A DNA stretch of 61,148 bases from Chara braunii (lineage: Eukaryota > Plantae > Charophyceae): NCBI GenBank assembly GCA_003427395.1, contig BFEA01000040.1, forward strand, positions 2,617,406 through 2,678,553. Direction: 5' to 3'. This document shows, piece by piece, positions 1 through 10,896 of this stretch (positions within the stretch are counted from its first letter, which is position 1; every line of letters starts with the position of its first letter). Below the pieces are notes generated by a model. That model did not search any database. It saw only the letters and a list, made by a program, of their open reading frames with translations, and was not told the origin of the DNA. A program made the translations under genes and the position numbers.

Positions 1-57
<57 letters not shown>
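1..57. repeat. (GA)n microsatellite
   Basis: Pure GA run. Similar (GA)/(CT)/(GT) runs occur at about 1448-1880, 7827-8082, 9438-9491, 12330-12403, 30770-31028, 36090-36166, 36756-36925, 43506-43583, 52398-52775, 59706-59775 and 61044-61148, often flanking N gaps. Confidence 0.99.
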
Positions 58-61
<4 letters not shown>

Positions 62-1444
62 GAGTCGAGACTTGGCAACATTCGGCAATTGCCCGGACTC
101 AGACATTGGTTTCCAACAGAGACGTCAGGGATTATTGTTGGCGACTACACGTTCGCGGGGCTATTTTAGTTGATGTCTCCCCTTCCTCTTCCTCTTCCTC
201 TTCCCCTTCATCTTTTCCTCATCCCCTTAGTCCACAGATGCATGAGTTCGATCGCGGCAACTTTCTTCCGTGTGTGTGTCACCGTGCCACTCCCACATTA
301 TGTGATGATGGATGGGTGCAATCAGTCCTTGAGTCGTGATGAATCAGAGATCTGTGTATTTCAGTCTTCCGCTGCATTGTTATTGCTGTTTCTCCTTCGG
401 TCACTTCTCCGGTTCTGCGCCATGCCGTTCTGACGTGTAGGCATGCGACCGAGAGTCTTCTTCTCTTCTGCTAAGTTCACCCATCATCCTCACAATTGTC
501 AGTATCGGTTACGTCAAAGAAAGGTCTTGAAGTTCTCAACATTCTATTTCCGTGACGGTTATGGGTCTTGGAGAGAAATTGTCCGGCTGTGACATTCACG
601 TTGTCGCTCTCTTCTTCGGGTTTATCCCACCTTTCACCTCCATCTCCCAGCTCCATCATCCATGCTTCTCTCCCCATGTCTGTGTGTGCAAGGAGGGAGG
701 GACCTTTCTTCTATGTATGTTTCCCCTCCTTGCTTCTTGGCATGATGATGATGATGATGATGTGTGTGTGTCGCCCTCAAGTAGGATGAGTCAGATTGCT
801 TTTTTTTTTTTCTTTTTTTTCTTTTTTTTAGGTTCTCAACTTACGATTCTTGCATTGTATGTAGATGTTCCTTCATCTTCTTCGTCATCTTCTTCTTCGT
901 CTTCTTCTTCTTCGTCTTCTTCTTCTTCTTCGTCGTCCTCTTCGTCTTGTTCGTCTTGTTCGTCTTCTTTGTCTTCTTCTTCTTCATCTTCATCATCATC
1001 TTCTGATGCGGTTATTCTTGGATATGTGCGTCAGACTCATATATAGAAAGGATGCGTGCAGAGCCAGTGTACGTTTTCCTGACCTGATCTATCACACAAG
1101 ACGATTGCACGTACGTGGCCAGCTTGTCAGTCCAGATATTACATGGAGAAGGTAGAGTACTAGAGTGAGTCCCAGGACACGAGATGCTCAGAATAGTGGG
1201 CATTTTTGCTGAGTGAAAAAAGAAACCCTCAGTTTTGCATTGAGCCTCTCTGCTCGACACCTTGATCACACACACACATTGAGAGATCACACGAAATCAA
1301 CACTGGGGTCCAGAGGTGCAAAGTCCAGAATAGCGCAGCTTAGAGATTACAACAAATTATCATTTTAAACAGTATCGGAGTTCCAGTCCGAGCGCTGAAC
1401 AGAACAGATTTCAGCAACCAAATACCAGCATCTTCATCTAAGGT

Positions 1445-1524
<80 letters not shown>

Positions 1525-1804
1525 NNNNNNNNNNNNNNNNNNNNNNNNNNNNNNNNNNNNNNNNNNNNNNNNNNNNNNNNNNNNNNNNNNNNNNNNNNNN
1601 NNNNNNNNNNNNNNNNNNNNNNNNNNNNNNNNNNNNNNNNNNNNNNNNNNNNNNNNNNNNNNNNNNNNNNNNNNNNNNNNNNNNNNNNNNNNNNNNNNNN
1701 NNNNNNNNNNNNNNNNNNNNNNNNNNNNNNNNNNNNNNNNNNNNNNNNNNNNNNNNNNNNNNNNNNNNNNNNNNNNNNNNNNNNNNNNNNNNNNNNNNNN
1801 NNNN

Positions 1805-1883
<79 letters not shown>

Positions 1884-2218
1884 CCCCCTCCCTTGAGAAT
1901 CTTGACTCTGAATACATCCGCTACTAATCAGCTCTATCTCCTACTACTACCTATGTGGCAGTGGCCGCCTTCCCTCTTAGAACGGCAATGCCCAGCAGGG
2001 CTCTCGCGCATGCTACTGGCAGAGAGCGCACAAGCACTTCAGCAGCAGTTCCACACTTCTCACGAATGAGCCATCTCCCCTGAAATGTGGCTGGCCAGTC
2101 CTTATATTGACTTGGACTGAGCCTCAACTCGTCTCAGCCTCTGCTTCCTTTGGCTTGACTTAGGGCCCTTTGGCTTGACTTAGGCCCGGTACCATATAAT
2201 GCCCATGGCCTGCTTGCT

Positions 2219-2613
2219 TCAGAGAGAAGAGGTTAACAGAGAATTTTCAGGATTTTTTCAGGGTCATTATAACAAACGTCCCACACCTTTTACACCAGAC
2301 TTGTCACCAGTCCATAGAGTGGACACCAAATAAACCAACAGCAAAAAAAATAAAAAATAAAAAAAATCAAAGGGGTGTTAAACCCCAAGGCGAAAGTGTG
2401 TTTTCATGCAAAATTCACTCTTTTCAGTTTTCAGGATTTTCAGTTGGGGCTGTTACTTTGGGGCTGAATAGTGGGGTTCCCTGTTAACCTTTGGTGGTTT
2501 CAGAGAGACGAGGTTAACAGAGTCCAAAATTTTCAGGATTTTTCAGGGTCATTATAACAAATGTCCCATACCTTTTACGCCAGACTTGTCACCAGTCCAT
2601 AGAGTGGACACCA
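2219..2613 (+). repeat. Direct repeat pair of about 110 bp (2219-2328 and 2499-2613)
   Basis: ttcagagag..gaggttaacagag...cagggtcattataacaaa...cagacttgtcaccagtccatagagtggacacca occurs twice. Confidence 0.9.
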
Positions 2614-2688
2614 TGTCAAGGCCTGGTGTACTTTTCCCCCATTTTCATGGGACCAGGTGCGCTGCTGCTTGGGTCTGTGAGTCCCGGC

Positions 2689-2816
2689 TTTTTCATCTGT
2701 GGAACACATGGCTTTTGACTGTGGGTTGTGACTTTTTCATCTATGGAACATGACTTTTGACTGTGGGTTGTGACTTTTTCATCTGTGGAACATGACTTTT
2801 GACTGTGGGTTGTGAC
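2689..2816 (+). repeat. Minisatellite, unit about 39 bp, about 3 copies
   Basis: ttttcatctgtggaacatgacttttgactgtgggttgtgac repeated in tandem. Confidence 0.9.
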
Positions 2817-3014
2817 TCTTGCCTCTGGGAAACGACTTTTGACTGGAGAAGTGTCCTTTGCCTGTGGGATATGACTTTTCAATATGACTTTTCTATATGA
2901 TTTTTCAATATGAGACGTGACGTTTGCTTATCGAATGCAACCTTTGCCTCTGGGATGTGATTGTTCACCGGGTGCCTGTTGGACTTGACTCGTAAGGTAC
3001 CCGACCGTGACCTT

Positions 3015-3360
3015 AAACTTCCATTTCCTCAAAATGGACATCTTTTATTTTTTGAACGAAATTGAAACCGAGTTTTTTGGCTGAAAACACGTCAAAATTT
3101 GTTGTTCCTGAGGGTCCGGCGTTTGTAAAACGCTGGACCCCCTGGCTGTACATGGACCTAGCTTGAGACCAGGTACCTCCAGGCAGTCCTGCCTGGAGGT
3201 GCCTGGTCTCAAGCTAGGTCCATGTACAGCTAGGGGGTCCAGCGTTTGTAAAACGCTGGACCCTCAGGAACAACAAATTTTGACGAGTTCTCGGCCAAAA
3301 AACTCAGTTTCAATTTCGTTCAAAAAATAAACAATGTCCATTTTGACGAAATGGTCGTTT
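3015..3360. mobile_element. 346-bp near-perfect palindromic foldback element (MITE-like), copy 1
   Basis: Arms are reverse complements around the centre caggcag-tc-ctgcctg (3187-3188). Each arm holds a nested hairpin gggtcc(g/a)gcgtttgtaaaacgctggaccc. Confidence 0.85.
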
Positions 3361-5998
3361 TTCTGAACTGGCCTCCCTCGGCCAGAGACCTTGACCCTGA
3401 AATTCGAATTGGGGGTCCGCATTGTGGAATGCCTTTCAGTTTTAACGAGATCGTGGTTAATGGTACTGCTATTTCAACAACAAAAAAAGAAGGAAAATGC
3501 AAGGAATGAGCCCTCACCGGGGCCTTATCAGACATACAAGTGTTCTGGGCTTGCAGGCCCTAGCAAGCCTGTGCCTGCCCTAAGTGAAGACGGGCCTGAA
3601 TATCCACGAGAGGCCTGTTTTCAACATTTTTCCACAAGTGGGGATTCAGACAGTTGCAGCACGTTAGTTGGTTACAGAGCAACGTGAGACTCCAGGCTCT
3701 TTCCATAAACAAGGGCTGCACTGTACAGTTGAGCCCAGGGCTCAGGTGGTTGCACCCTGGGCACACACTGTGTGAGGCCGGCACATCATGGACTGGCCGC
3801 GGGCCAATGAGAGAGCAGCATTGTCGTCACACATGAGCTGGGAGACAATGAGAATGCTGCCAGTGCGAACACTTGGAGGCTGGGTGGCTGCCTGAGCGTG
3901 CCCAACTGCACGAGGCCCAGGCCGGTACTGGAAACTGCGCCTGGGCGCAGGCAGACACTTGGTGCCAGAAGTAAGCTACTGGGCCCCCCACACGCCTGGC
4001 CAGGCCAGCCAGCAGCAGGAACACTATCCATAAAGGAAAGTGTGTGCCCCAGTGGGAGGGGATTCTGGCCTGTGCAGGCATTGCGGCCATGCTGCTGCAT
4101 TGTTGTGCGAAGCTGCGCTATGCGGGCAGGCTGGGGCGCGCGCGGGCACTGAGTGATGAAGAGGGCACTGCAGTGGCAGTGGGTGCAGGGCGGCCATAGC
4201 CGGGCCGAGCGTGCGGGTGCAGGTGCTGACGATGGTGGTCTTCGGGTAGGAGGCGCATGCAGAGGGGGAGTCGAGGTGAGATGAGGGGAGGAGAGAGCTC
4301 GTACCTGGTGTATGCTGGCGTTCGGCATTGGCGATGACGTCAACGTACATTGGTCTTCAACTGCGACCATGTGATCTGGTTGTGAGAACATATATAGGCT
4401 AGATAGGCTGAGTTGAGTAGGCTGGGCGCCGAGCGCCAGGCAGCAGGGGTTGACGGTGGAAACTGTGTTGGTCTGACCAGAGTGTGGCAACATTGACACA
4501 ACAGTTCATTGCATTGCTCTTAATATTTGCTTGGTATCTTGGTGTACTGTGCTCTCTTTTCTTGGTACACGACTATCTGAGCTACTTCGTGATTTTGCAA
4601 CTTGGTTTTCTGTCTATCGCTCCCAGTCATAATCCTTGCAAAAAGGAAAGAAAAGAAAAGGAAAAAGGTTCAGCTTTTGGTACACCCACAAACTGTTGAA
4701 ATACAGACCCAAGTTCGAAATTCACATCCCTTTTTTTTTTCTCTTTTTTCTTTTTTTCCTAATCCTGGGATCATGTCCCACTAGCTCCGTTGAGCTAGGT
4801 CTACATTTAGTTTTTGACTCTGTGTGACTATACGCGACCGCGGAGATGCACGTCGTCCAGGTCATCTAACGGTCCGTTTTTAATAAAAAAAGGCAATAGA
4901 GACTATCATTGCTTTTTCTTACAACAAAAAGCAGAAGTAAATCCTTTCTCTCGAATACTACTCCCCCTACCCTCGCTACTTTCCGTTGAGCTAGCTCTCT
5001 CCTTTTTTTGAGACAGCCAGCTCTGCAATGAACCCAGATCGTGAAGACACTTGTCAACAATGCAAGCCCAGATGAAGGTCAACCTGCTGATGATTATCAA
5101 TAATCATGATCGTGTCCAGATAGAATGGGATGAGAGAATCATACACAGACGAAGGAGAGAGAGAAGGGAGATTAGAGTTAGAAGAATAAGACAATTGCCC
5201 ACTTTTGCTTCGGGTGCCCTCCTCGATCACCACCTCAAATAATCAATAGTCTGAACACCTATCTGAAGTTCTATTACAACGTGCCAGGTGGCACTTCAAT
5301 TAGTCCTCATCAGCTCACTGGAGCAATGTCGACCTCAAGATAACCAGGTACGTGTCCACGATTACAGCACAGTCATGATCTCCTCCTGAGTGACGATGAA
5401 TCAGAACAGCAATCCCAGCCACGTCAGCAAATGTACATGTGGCAGCCGCCACGTCAGCAGCGACATGTGGCATCTGCCACGTCAGCATGCCCGGAAGACA
5501 ATAGCAAGCAAGCCACCATGCCGAGTCAGCATCGCGTCGCCGTAATCACCCAAGTGCCAACACAAAGCCAGCGTCCAACCAGCGTCGCAGCGTCGAGCCA
5601 GCATCGCGTGAAGTTAACATTGACGCAAGACTGAATGAATGTCAAAGTCAGGAAGTCAGCGCTTTATGTAGCGTTGACGCGGGGTCTGGACCCCGGATAC
5701 TGCATCCCTCAGCCGTCCAGATCTCAATGCAAATGATGGCCCAGATTGGCCTGAAACTGAATTCCTTCTGGCCTCGATGCTGTCTGGGTACCTGCGCAAA
5801 ACAAGCGAGTGTATTCTACCGAGGGCCTGGGCGGGTACCTTTGACGTGACAGTTGACTCAGACTTTTGACTTCCAAGGGCAGTGTGTGGTCACACTGCCT
5901 GGTGCAGGCCGAATTTGGCCTGCGTCGTCTGGGCTCCGTTTCGAGGGCCCAGACTGCTGCAGACATGGGTTACTGCAGCTCAACGACCGTCTTATTTC

Positions 5999-6357
5999 AA
6001 CGACCATTTCGTCAAAATGGACATTGTTTATTTTTTGAACGAAATTGAAACTGAGTTTTTTGGCCGAAAACTCGTCAAAGTTTGTTGTTCCTGAGGGTCT
6101 AGCGTTTTACAAACGCTGGACCCCCTGGCTGTACATGGACCTAGCTTGAGACCAGGCACCTCCAGGCAGGACTGCCTGGAGGTACCTGGTNTCAAGNTAG
6201 GTCCATGTACAGCTAGGGGGTCCAGCGTTTTACAAACGCCGGACCCTCAGGAACAACAAATTTTTACGTGCTTTCGGCCAAAAAACTCGGTTTCAATTTT
6301 GTTCAAAAAATAATGTTCAAAAAATAAAAGATGTCCATTTTGACGAAATGGCAGTTT
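5999..6357. mobile_element. Palindromic foldback element, copy 2 (opposite orientation)
   Basis: Highly similar to the reverse complement of 3015-3360 (loop ggac versus gtcc), with a 14-bp internal duplication gttcaaaaaataat. Confidence 0.85.
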
Positions 6358-6469
6358 TTCCCCAAAAGCTGTTTTTTTTTGGAGAAATTGTGCAAGCCCT
6401 CCTTCCGTTTGCCATTTTTGTACGGGATTCTGGCAACTCTTCATTTTTGGCTGTGGACCGTTTCATTCA

Positions 6470-6555
6470 TTTTCACAATTGGAGTGGCATATGGGCAAGT
6501 CCATTTTGTGGGCAAGAAAAAAGGTTCAGCCCATATGTCACTCCAATTGTGAAAA
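6470..6555. repeat. 27-bp inverted repeat hairpin
   Basis: ttttcacaattggagtggcatatgggc ... gcccatatgtcactccaattgtgaaaa; the single mismatch is G:T on the + strand. Confidence 0.8.
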
Positions 6556-6770
6556 AAGAGAAAAGAGAACGAAGTGTATCCGCACGATTTATGAATGCAT
6601 TTCTCATTTTCAATCGAATTAAACTGAACAGTTTCAGCTGTCGCACCGTTGAGTTGCCTCAACTAAACGGTGCAAGTGGGATACGGTCCCTGATGGATGG
6701 AGATGCATGGAATGAAAATAAAAAAGAAAAAAGGTTCAGCTTTGGAATGAGGTGCAGGCCACATGGTACT

Positions 6771-6925
6771 CTCTTCGTCACTTTTACTTTTTTGTCATTT
6801 TGTAATCTTCTTGGCATGATTCCTTATAGTTTTACAGTGACAAGTCATTTTGTGGTCACCTTTGGTCTTTCATTATCTCTTTTTATTGGGCTTACTATAG
6901 TGGGATTTCAAACTCATGGACTGCA
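6771..6925 (+). pseudogene. atp6: Mitochondrial atp6 fragment (NUMT)
   Basis: Translates LFVTFTFLSFCNLLGMIPYSFTVTSHFVVTFGLSLSLFIGLTIVGFQTHGL, matching the plant mitochondrial ATP synthase subunit a segment (NL.GMIPYSFTVTSH). It is an internal piece only, T-rich, with unrelated flanks. Confidence 0.9.
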
Positions 6926-7324
6926 GTGGAATAGGTCCAGGGACCATGTTTCACCAGTGGGGGTTTAGTTTTTGTTTCGTTTATTTTTCAACATGGTCAC
7001 ACTGTGGCTGTGAGATTTTCAGATCGCATGGAAGAGAGCCATGTATACTCGAAACCAGAATTAAACCTCGACAGGTGGGGCATGGCCTCTGGTCTAGGTC
7101 TCACTTGCCCACTTACAATGAATAGGAGGGAGAAGTCCTTAGGGATGTCTGTTACATTGTTTCTCTTTGTTTTTCTAAACTTGAGAAAAGGGACTTTGTT
7201 TTTCTAAACTTGAGGGGAGTCAGGGGACTTTGTTTTTCTGAACTTGAGAAAAGGGACATCTGTTATGAGGGGATGCGGCCCAGAACTTCTTAGGAGGCGC
7301 TACTGGATGCCCTCAAACCACAAA

Positions 7325-7408
7325 TGGGGTGTGTGAGGTTCGAACTCACGACCTTCAGATTCCTTTCTATATATGAGACTGACGCGCTACCGACTGCGCT
7401 AACACCCC
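7325..7408 (-). tRNA. trnM-CAT: tRNA-Met(CAT), elongator type, 11-nt intron
   Basis: GGGGTGTTAGCGCAGTCGGTAGCGCGTCAGTCTCATA[tatagaaagga]ATCTGAAGGTCGTGAGTTCGAACCTCACACACCCCA: perfect acceptor stem, A and B boxes, intron at 37/38. Confidence 0.95.
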
Positions 7409-7499
7409 TTACACAACTCCAATGGCCGAGGTACATCAGATGACGGTAAGAAAAGGAAAGGAAAAAAAAGAGCATGAACAACTTCATTTTCCCCCCCCC

Positions 7500-7544
<45 letters not shown>

Positions 7545-7824
7545 GGGAAATTTGTCTGGCGCCCCTGTAATTTCAATTATTTTGCGCCACGCCCCTCCGA
7601 CGGCCCACTTACCTTGTCGTGCCACTAGGGCCTCTGAACTTACCTGCATGGCCCGGTCAGCAAGGGGGACAACTTTACGTGGTGCCCTTACTTGACGGCC
7701 AGTCTCATTTCACCGGTCCCTGTGCGATATGCCCTGATGAGTGGCATACATCTTTCCATCATGCCCTTGCGCCAGAAATTCGGATTTGAAACACGTGTTT
7801 TTTGCAACGCTGCCACAAGAAATG

Positions 7825-7869
<45 letters not shown>

Positions 7870-7870
7870 T

Positions 7871-7946
<76 letters not shown>

Positions 7947-7996
7947 NNNNNNNNNNNNNNNNNNNNNNNNNNNNNNNNNNNNNNNNNNNNNNNNNN

Positions 7997-8056
<60 letters not shown>

Positions 8057-8083
8057 CGTGTGTGTGCATGTGTGTGTGTGTGT

Positions 8084-9434
8084 TCGAAAATGATCTCACG
8101 GTGCATCCGCCATGCTACTCCACTCTTTCAGTGGTACACCAGGTCCACCCATAGCCCATCACATGCCGTTTTAACTGCCACCCTTCCATACTACCTTGCC
8201 AGCTCAAAATGACAGGCCACACACAAACAAACTAAACAGGCAAACCACTGCTGCCACTTTACTTCTCTGAAGCTACCTCATACATCTGTGGCTAACCACA
8301 ACCAGTTTTCCAAGTCCCACGTAGGATGGAGGGCACAGGAGAGGCGGGAGGGCAGATGACACACAACGACATCAAGCAGGCAATGAAAAGGCATGACGCA
8401 ATAAGGCATGGGATGACAAGCAACAGCGAAGGACAAAGGCTGGAGGGCACAGGGGAGGTGGAAGGGAAGACAACACACAAGCACACCAAGCAGGCGGGAG
8501 GGAAGACAACATGCAAGCACACGAAACAGGCAAACAGGAAAAAATACAAGTCCCAAAAAAACGAGAAGACCGAAAAAAATAGAAACTGATGATAACAAGA
8601 TTGTTTCGTCGGAGTGGCACCGACTCATCAGGAGGCTGAACCCTCGACAATCTGCAGAATCCCCATATTTGATGGTTTGGCTCATGAACCTTGTTGTGTC
8701 CCCAAGCAGAACATAGCGGCGGGCAGCAACCCTGTGGAGCACCAAACAACACAGTAGAGGCAACACGGCTGCACAACGCCAAAAACGACTGCAAGGAACG
8801 TCATGGCACGCAGGGCATGCAGTGTGGCAACCGTGTAGTGAAGCACATGACAACACAAGCAAGGCAACAGCACCGCAGGGGACGACAGGGCGAGCGGGAC
8901 CAGCAGCTTGGCAACCGTGGAGCGGAGCAGAAGTCACCAGCAACAAGGCGGCCAACCTACAAGGCACACAAGCGGCAAACATGGAAGGCACAACCAGCGG
9001 ATGAGCAGCATGGCAGCGGAGCAGCGAAGCGCAAGGCAACACCAACAACACGGCCACACCACACAGCGAACACATCAACCTGCGAAGAACCACATGCGAA
9101 GCAAGCTGGACAAGCAGCAGGGCAACGACAGAGCGCAGACGAGGACGTCCACACATCCAACACAGAACAAAGTGGCACATGACCTACTCACATCACGAGT
9201 TAACCCTGCAGACTGTTGGTTCCCACCACCCACTGAGCCAGGGAGACACTCCGACGACCATCCGTCATCACCGACAGGCAACACAGACATCCCGCACCGA
9301 GCGGCCCCCCGAAGAGTGCAGTAGGCACTCCAAACGAGCGGCCCCCCGAAGAGTGCTAGAGGGTGCTCGGCTAGAGACACAAAAAGTACTTCAAACAAAT
9401 AGGACAAAGACGAAAAACAAACATACCTAAAACT

Positions 9435-9437
<3 letters not shown>
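8084..9437 (-). mobile_element. Putative non-autonomous hammerhead-carrying retroelement between (CA)n tracts
   Basis: About 1.35 kb strand-skewed segment bounded on both sides by (TG)n/(CA)n, containing a complete hammerhead and no credible ORF. Boundaries are inferred from the microsatellites only. Confidence 0.5.
8598..8653 (-). ncRNA. Type III hammerhead ribozyme (complete)
   Basis: Minus strand AGAUUGUC^GAGG-guucag-CCUC-CUGAUGA-GUCGG-ugccacu-CCGAC-GAA-ACAAUCU: canonical core, GUC cleavage triplet, 4-bp stem I, 5-bp stem II, 7-bp open stem III. Confidence 0.92.
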
Positions 9438-9491
<54 letters not shown>

Positions 9492-10373
9492 NNNNNNNNN
9501 NNNNNNNNNNNNNNNNNNNNNNNNNNNNNNNNNNNNNNNNNNNNNNNNNNNNNNNNNNNNNNNNNNNNNNNNNNNNNNNNNNNNNNNNNNNNNNNNNNNN
9601 NNNNNNNNNNNNNNNNNNNNNNNNNNNNNNNNNNNNNNNNNNNNNNNNNNNNNNNNNNNNNNNNNNNNNNNNNNNNNNNNNNNNNNNNNNNNNNNNNNNN
9701 NNNNNNNNNNNNNNNNNNNNNNNNNNNNNNNNNNNNNNNNNNNNNNNNNNNNNNNNNNNNNNNNNNNNNNNNNNNNNNNNNNNNNNNNNNNNNNNNNNNN
9801 NNNNNNNNNNNNNNNNNNNNNNNNNNNNNNNNNNNNNNNNNNNNNNNNNNNNNNNNNNNNNNNNNNNNNNNNNNNNNNNNNNNNNNNNNNNNNNNNNNNN
9901 NNNNNNNNNNNNNNNNNNNNNNNNNNNNNNNNNNNNNNNNNNNNNNNNNNNNNNNNNNNNNNNNNNNNNNNNNNNNNNNNNNNNNNNNNNNNNNNNNNNN
10001 NNNNNNNNNNNNNNNNNNNNNNNNNNNNNNNNNNNNNNNNNNNNNNNNNNNNNNNNNNNNNNNNNNNNNNNNNNNNNNNNNNNNNNNNNNNNNNNNNNNN
10101 NNNNNNNNNNNNNNNNNNNNNNNNNNNNNNNNNNNNNNNNNNNNNNNNNNNNNNNNNNNNNNNNNNNNNNNNNNNNNNNNNNNNNNNNNNNNNNNNNNNN
10201 NNNNNNNNNNNNNNNNNNNNNNNNNNNNNNNNNNNNNNNNNNNNNNNNNNNNNNNNNNNNNNNNNNNNNNNNNNNNNNNNNNNNNNNNNNNNNNNNNNNN
10301 NNNNNNNNNNNNNNNNNNNNNNNNNNNNNNNNNNNNNNNNNNNNNNNNNNNNNNNNNNNNNNNNNNNNNNNNN

Positions 10374-10896
10374 TTTTTTTTTTTTTTTTTTTTGGGACAA
10401 ATGCTCCAGTCTATTCGTGGGGCGCAACACCTGCTGGGAACCGAACCACCGTCATTAAACAACCCTAATCTATCAAAATCGCAACTGGGCAACATGCAGC
10501 CAACGGAAAAGCTTAACACAAAAGCAAGATACTCAATGGTCTCATCCCGCTTACCCACGGACAAAATTCGCAAGTAATTTGCAAAATTGAAAATTCCAAC
10601 TTTATACCCTAAGTACCTCTAAACAGTAACCCCAACTAAAAACCAAATCAGCAAGGCTTCACTAATCATCCCAAAAAAAAAAATAAAAAAAAAATAAGGG
10701 TAATGGACTATCCAACCGTAGAAGTCGACAAGTCATTCACAAAACTCCCACTCCTTTTTTTTTTTTTTTTTTTTTTTTTTAAACATCCCTCATGGGTGAT
10801 AGTGATGCTGATAGGAGCAGGCACCACGATCACCCCAGGGGAGGCTCCATCTATTGGTGGGGAGCTTCACCTGCTGGAAACCGGGTCCAGCGTCCC
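10374..10896 (-). mobile_element. Two short poly(A)-tailed copies of the structured LINE 3' module (10374-10443, 10755-10896)
   Basis: Reverse complement matches GGGACGCTGGACCCGGTTTCCAGCAGGTG..GCTCCCCACCAATAGATGGAGC, each with a poly(T) run on the + strand at its 3' side. Confidence 0.8.

Noticed and set aside
2689-2816. CRISPR-like array
   Set aside because: Head-to-tail repeat without unique spacers, in a eukaryotic context with no cas genes.
4820-5704. Solo LTR (gccacgtcagc repeats, end ..ggatactgca); similar tcgtgaca ends at about 19467 and 59495
   Set aside because: No partner LTR, TSD, PBS or gag/pol evidence in the window.
6348-6968. 206-aa ORF as a real ATP synthase gene
   Set aside because: Only about 51 aa match atp6; the rest is hairpin and repeat sequence.
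7735-7780. CTGATGA...GAAA as another hammerhead
   Set aside because: The stem II closing pair is G:A and I found no compatible stems I and III.
8278-9182. 300-aa and 163-aa ORFs over the hammerhead element
   Set aside because: Products of strand compositional skew with no recognisable motifs.
9075-10577. Long ORFs spanning N runs (also at 1438, 15635, 42092, 45515 and 52225)
   Set aside because: They are open only because N codons contain no stops.
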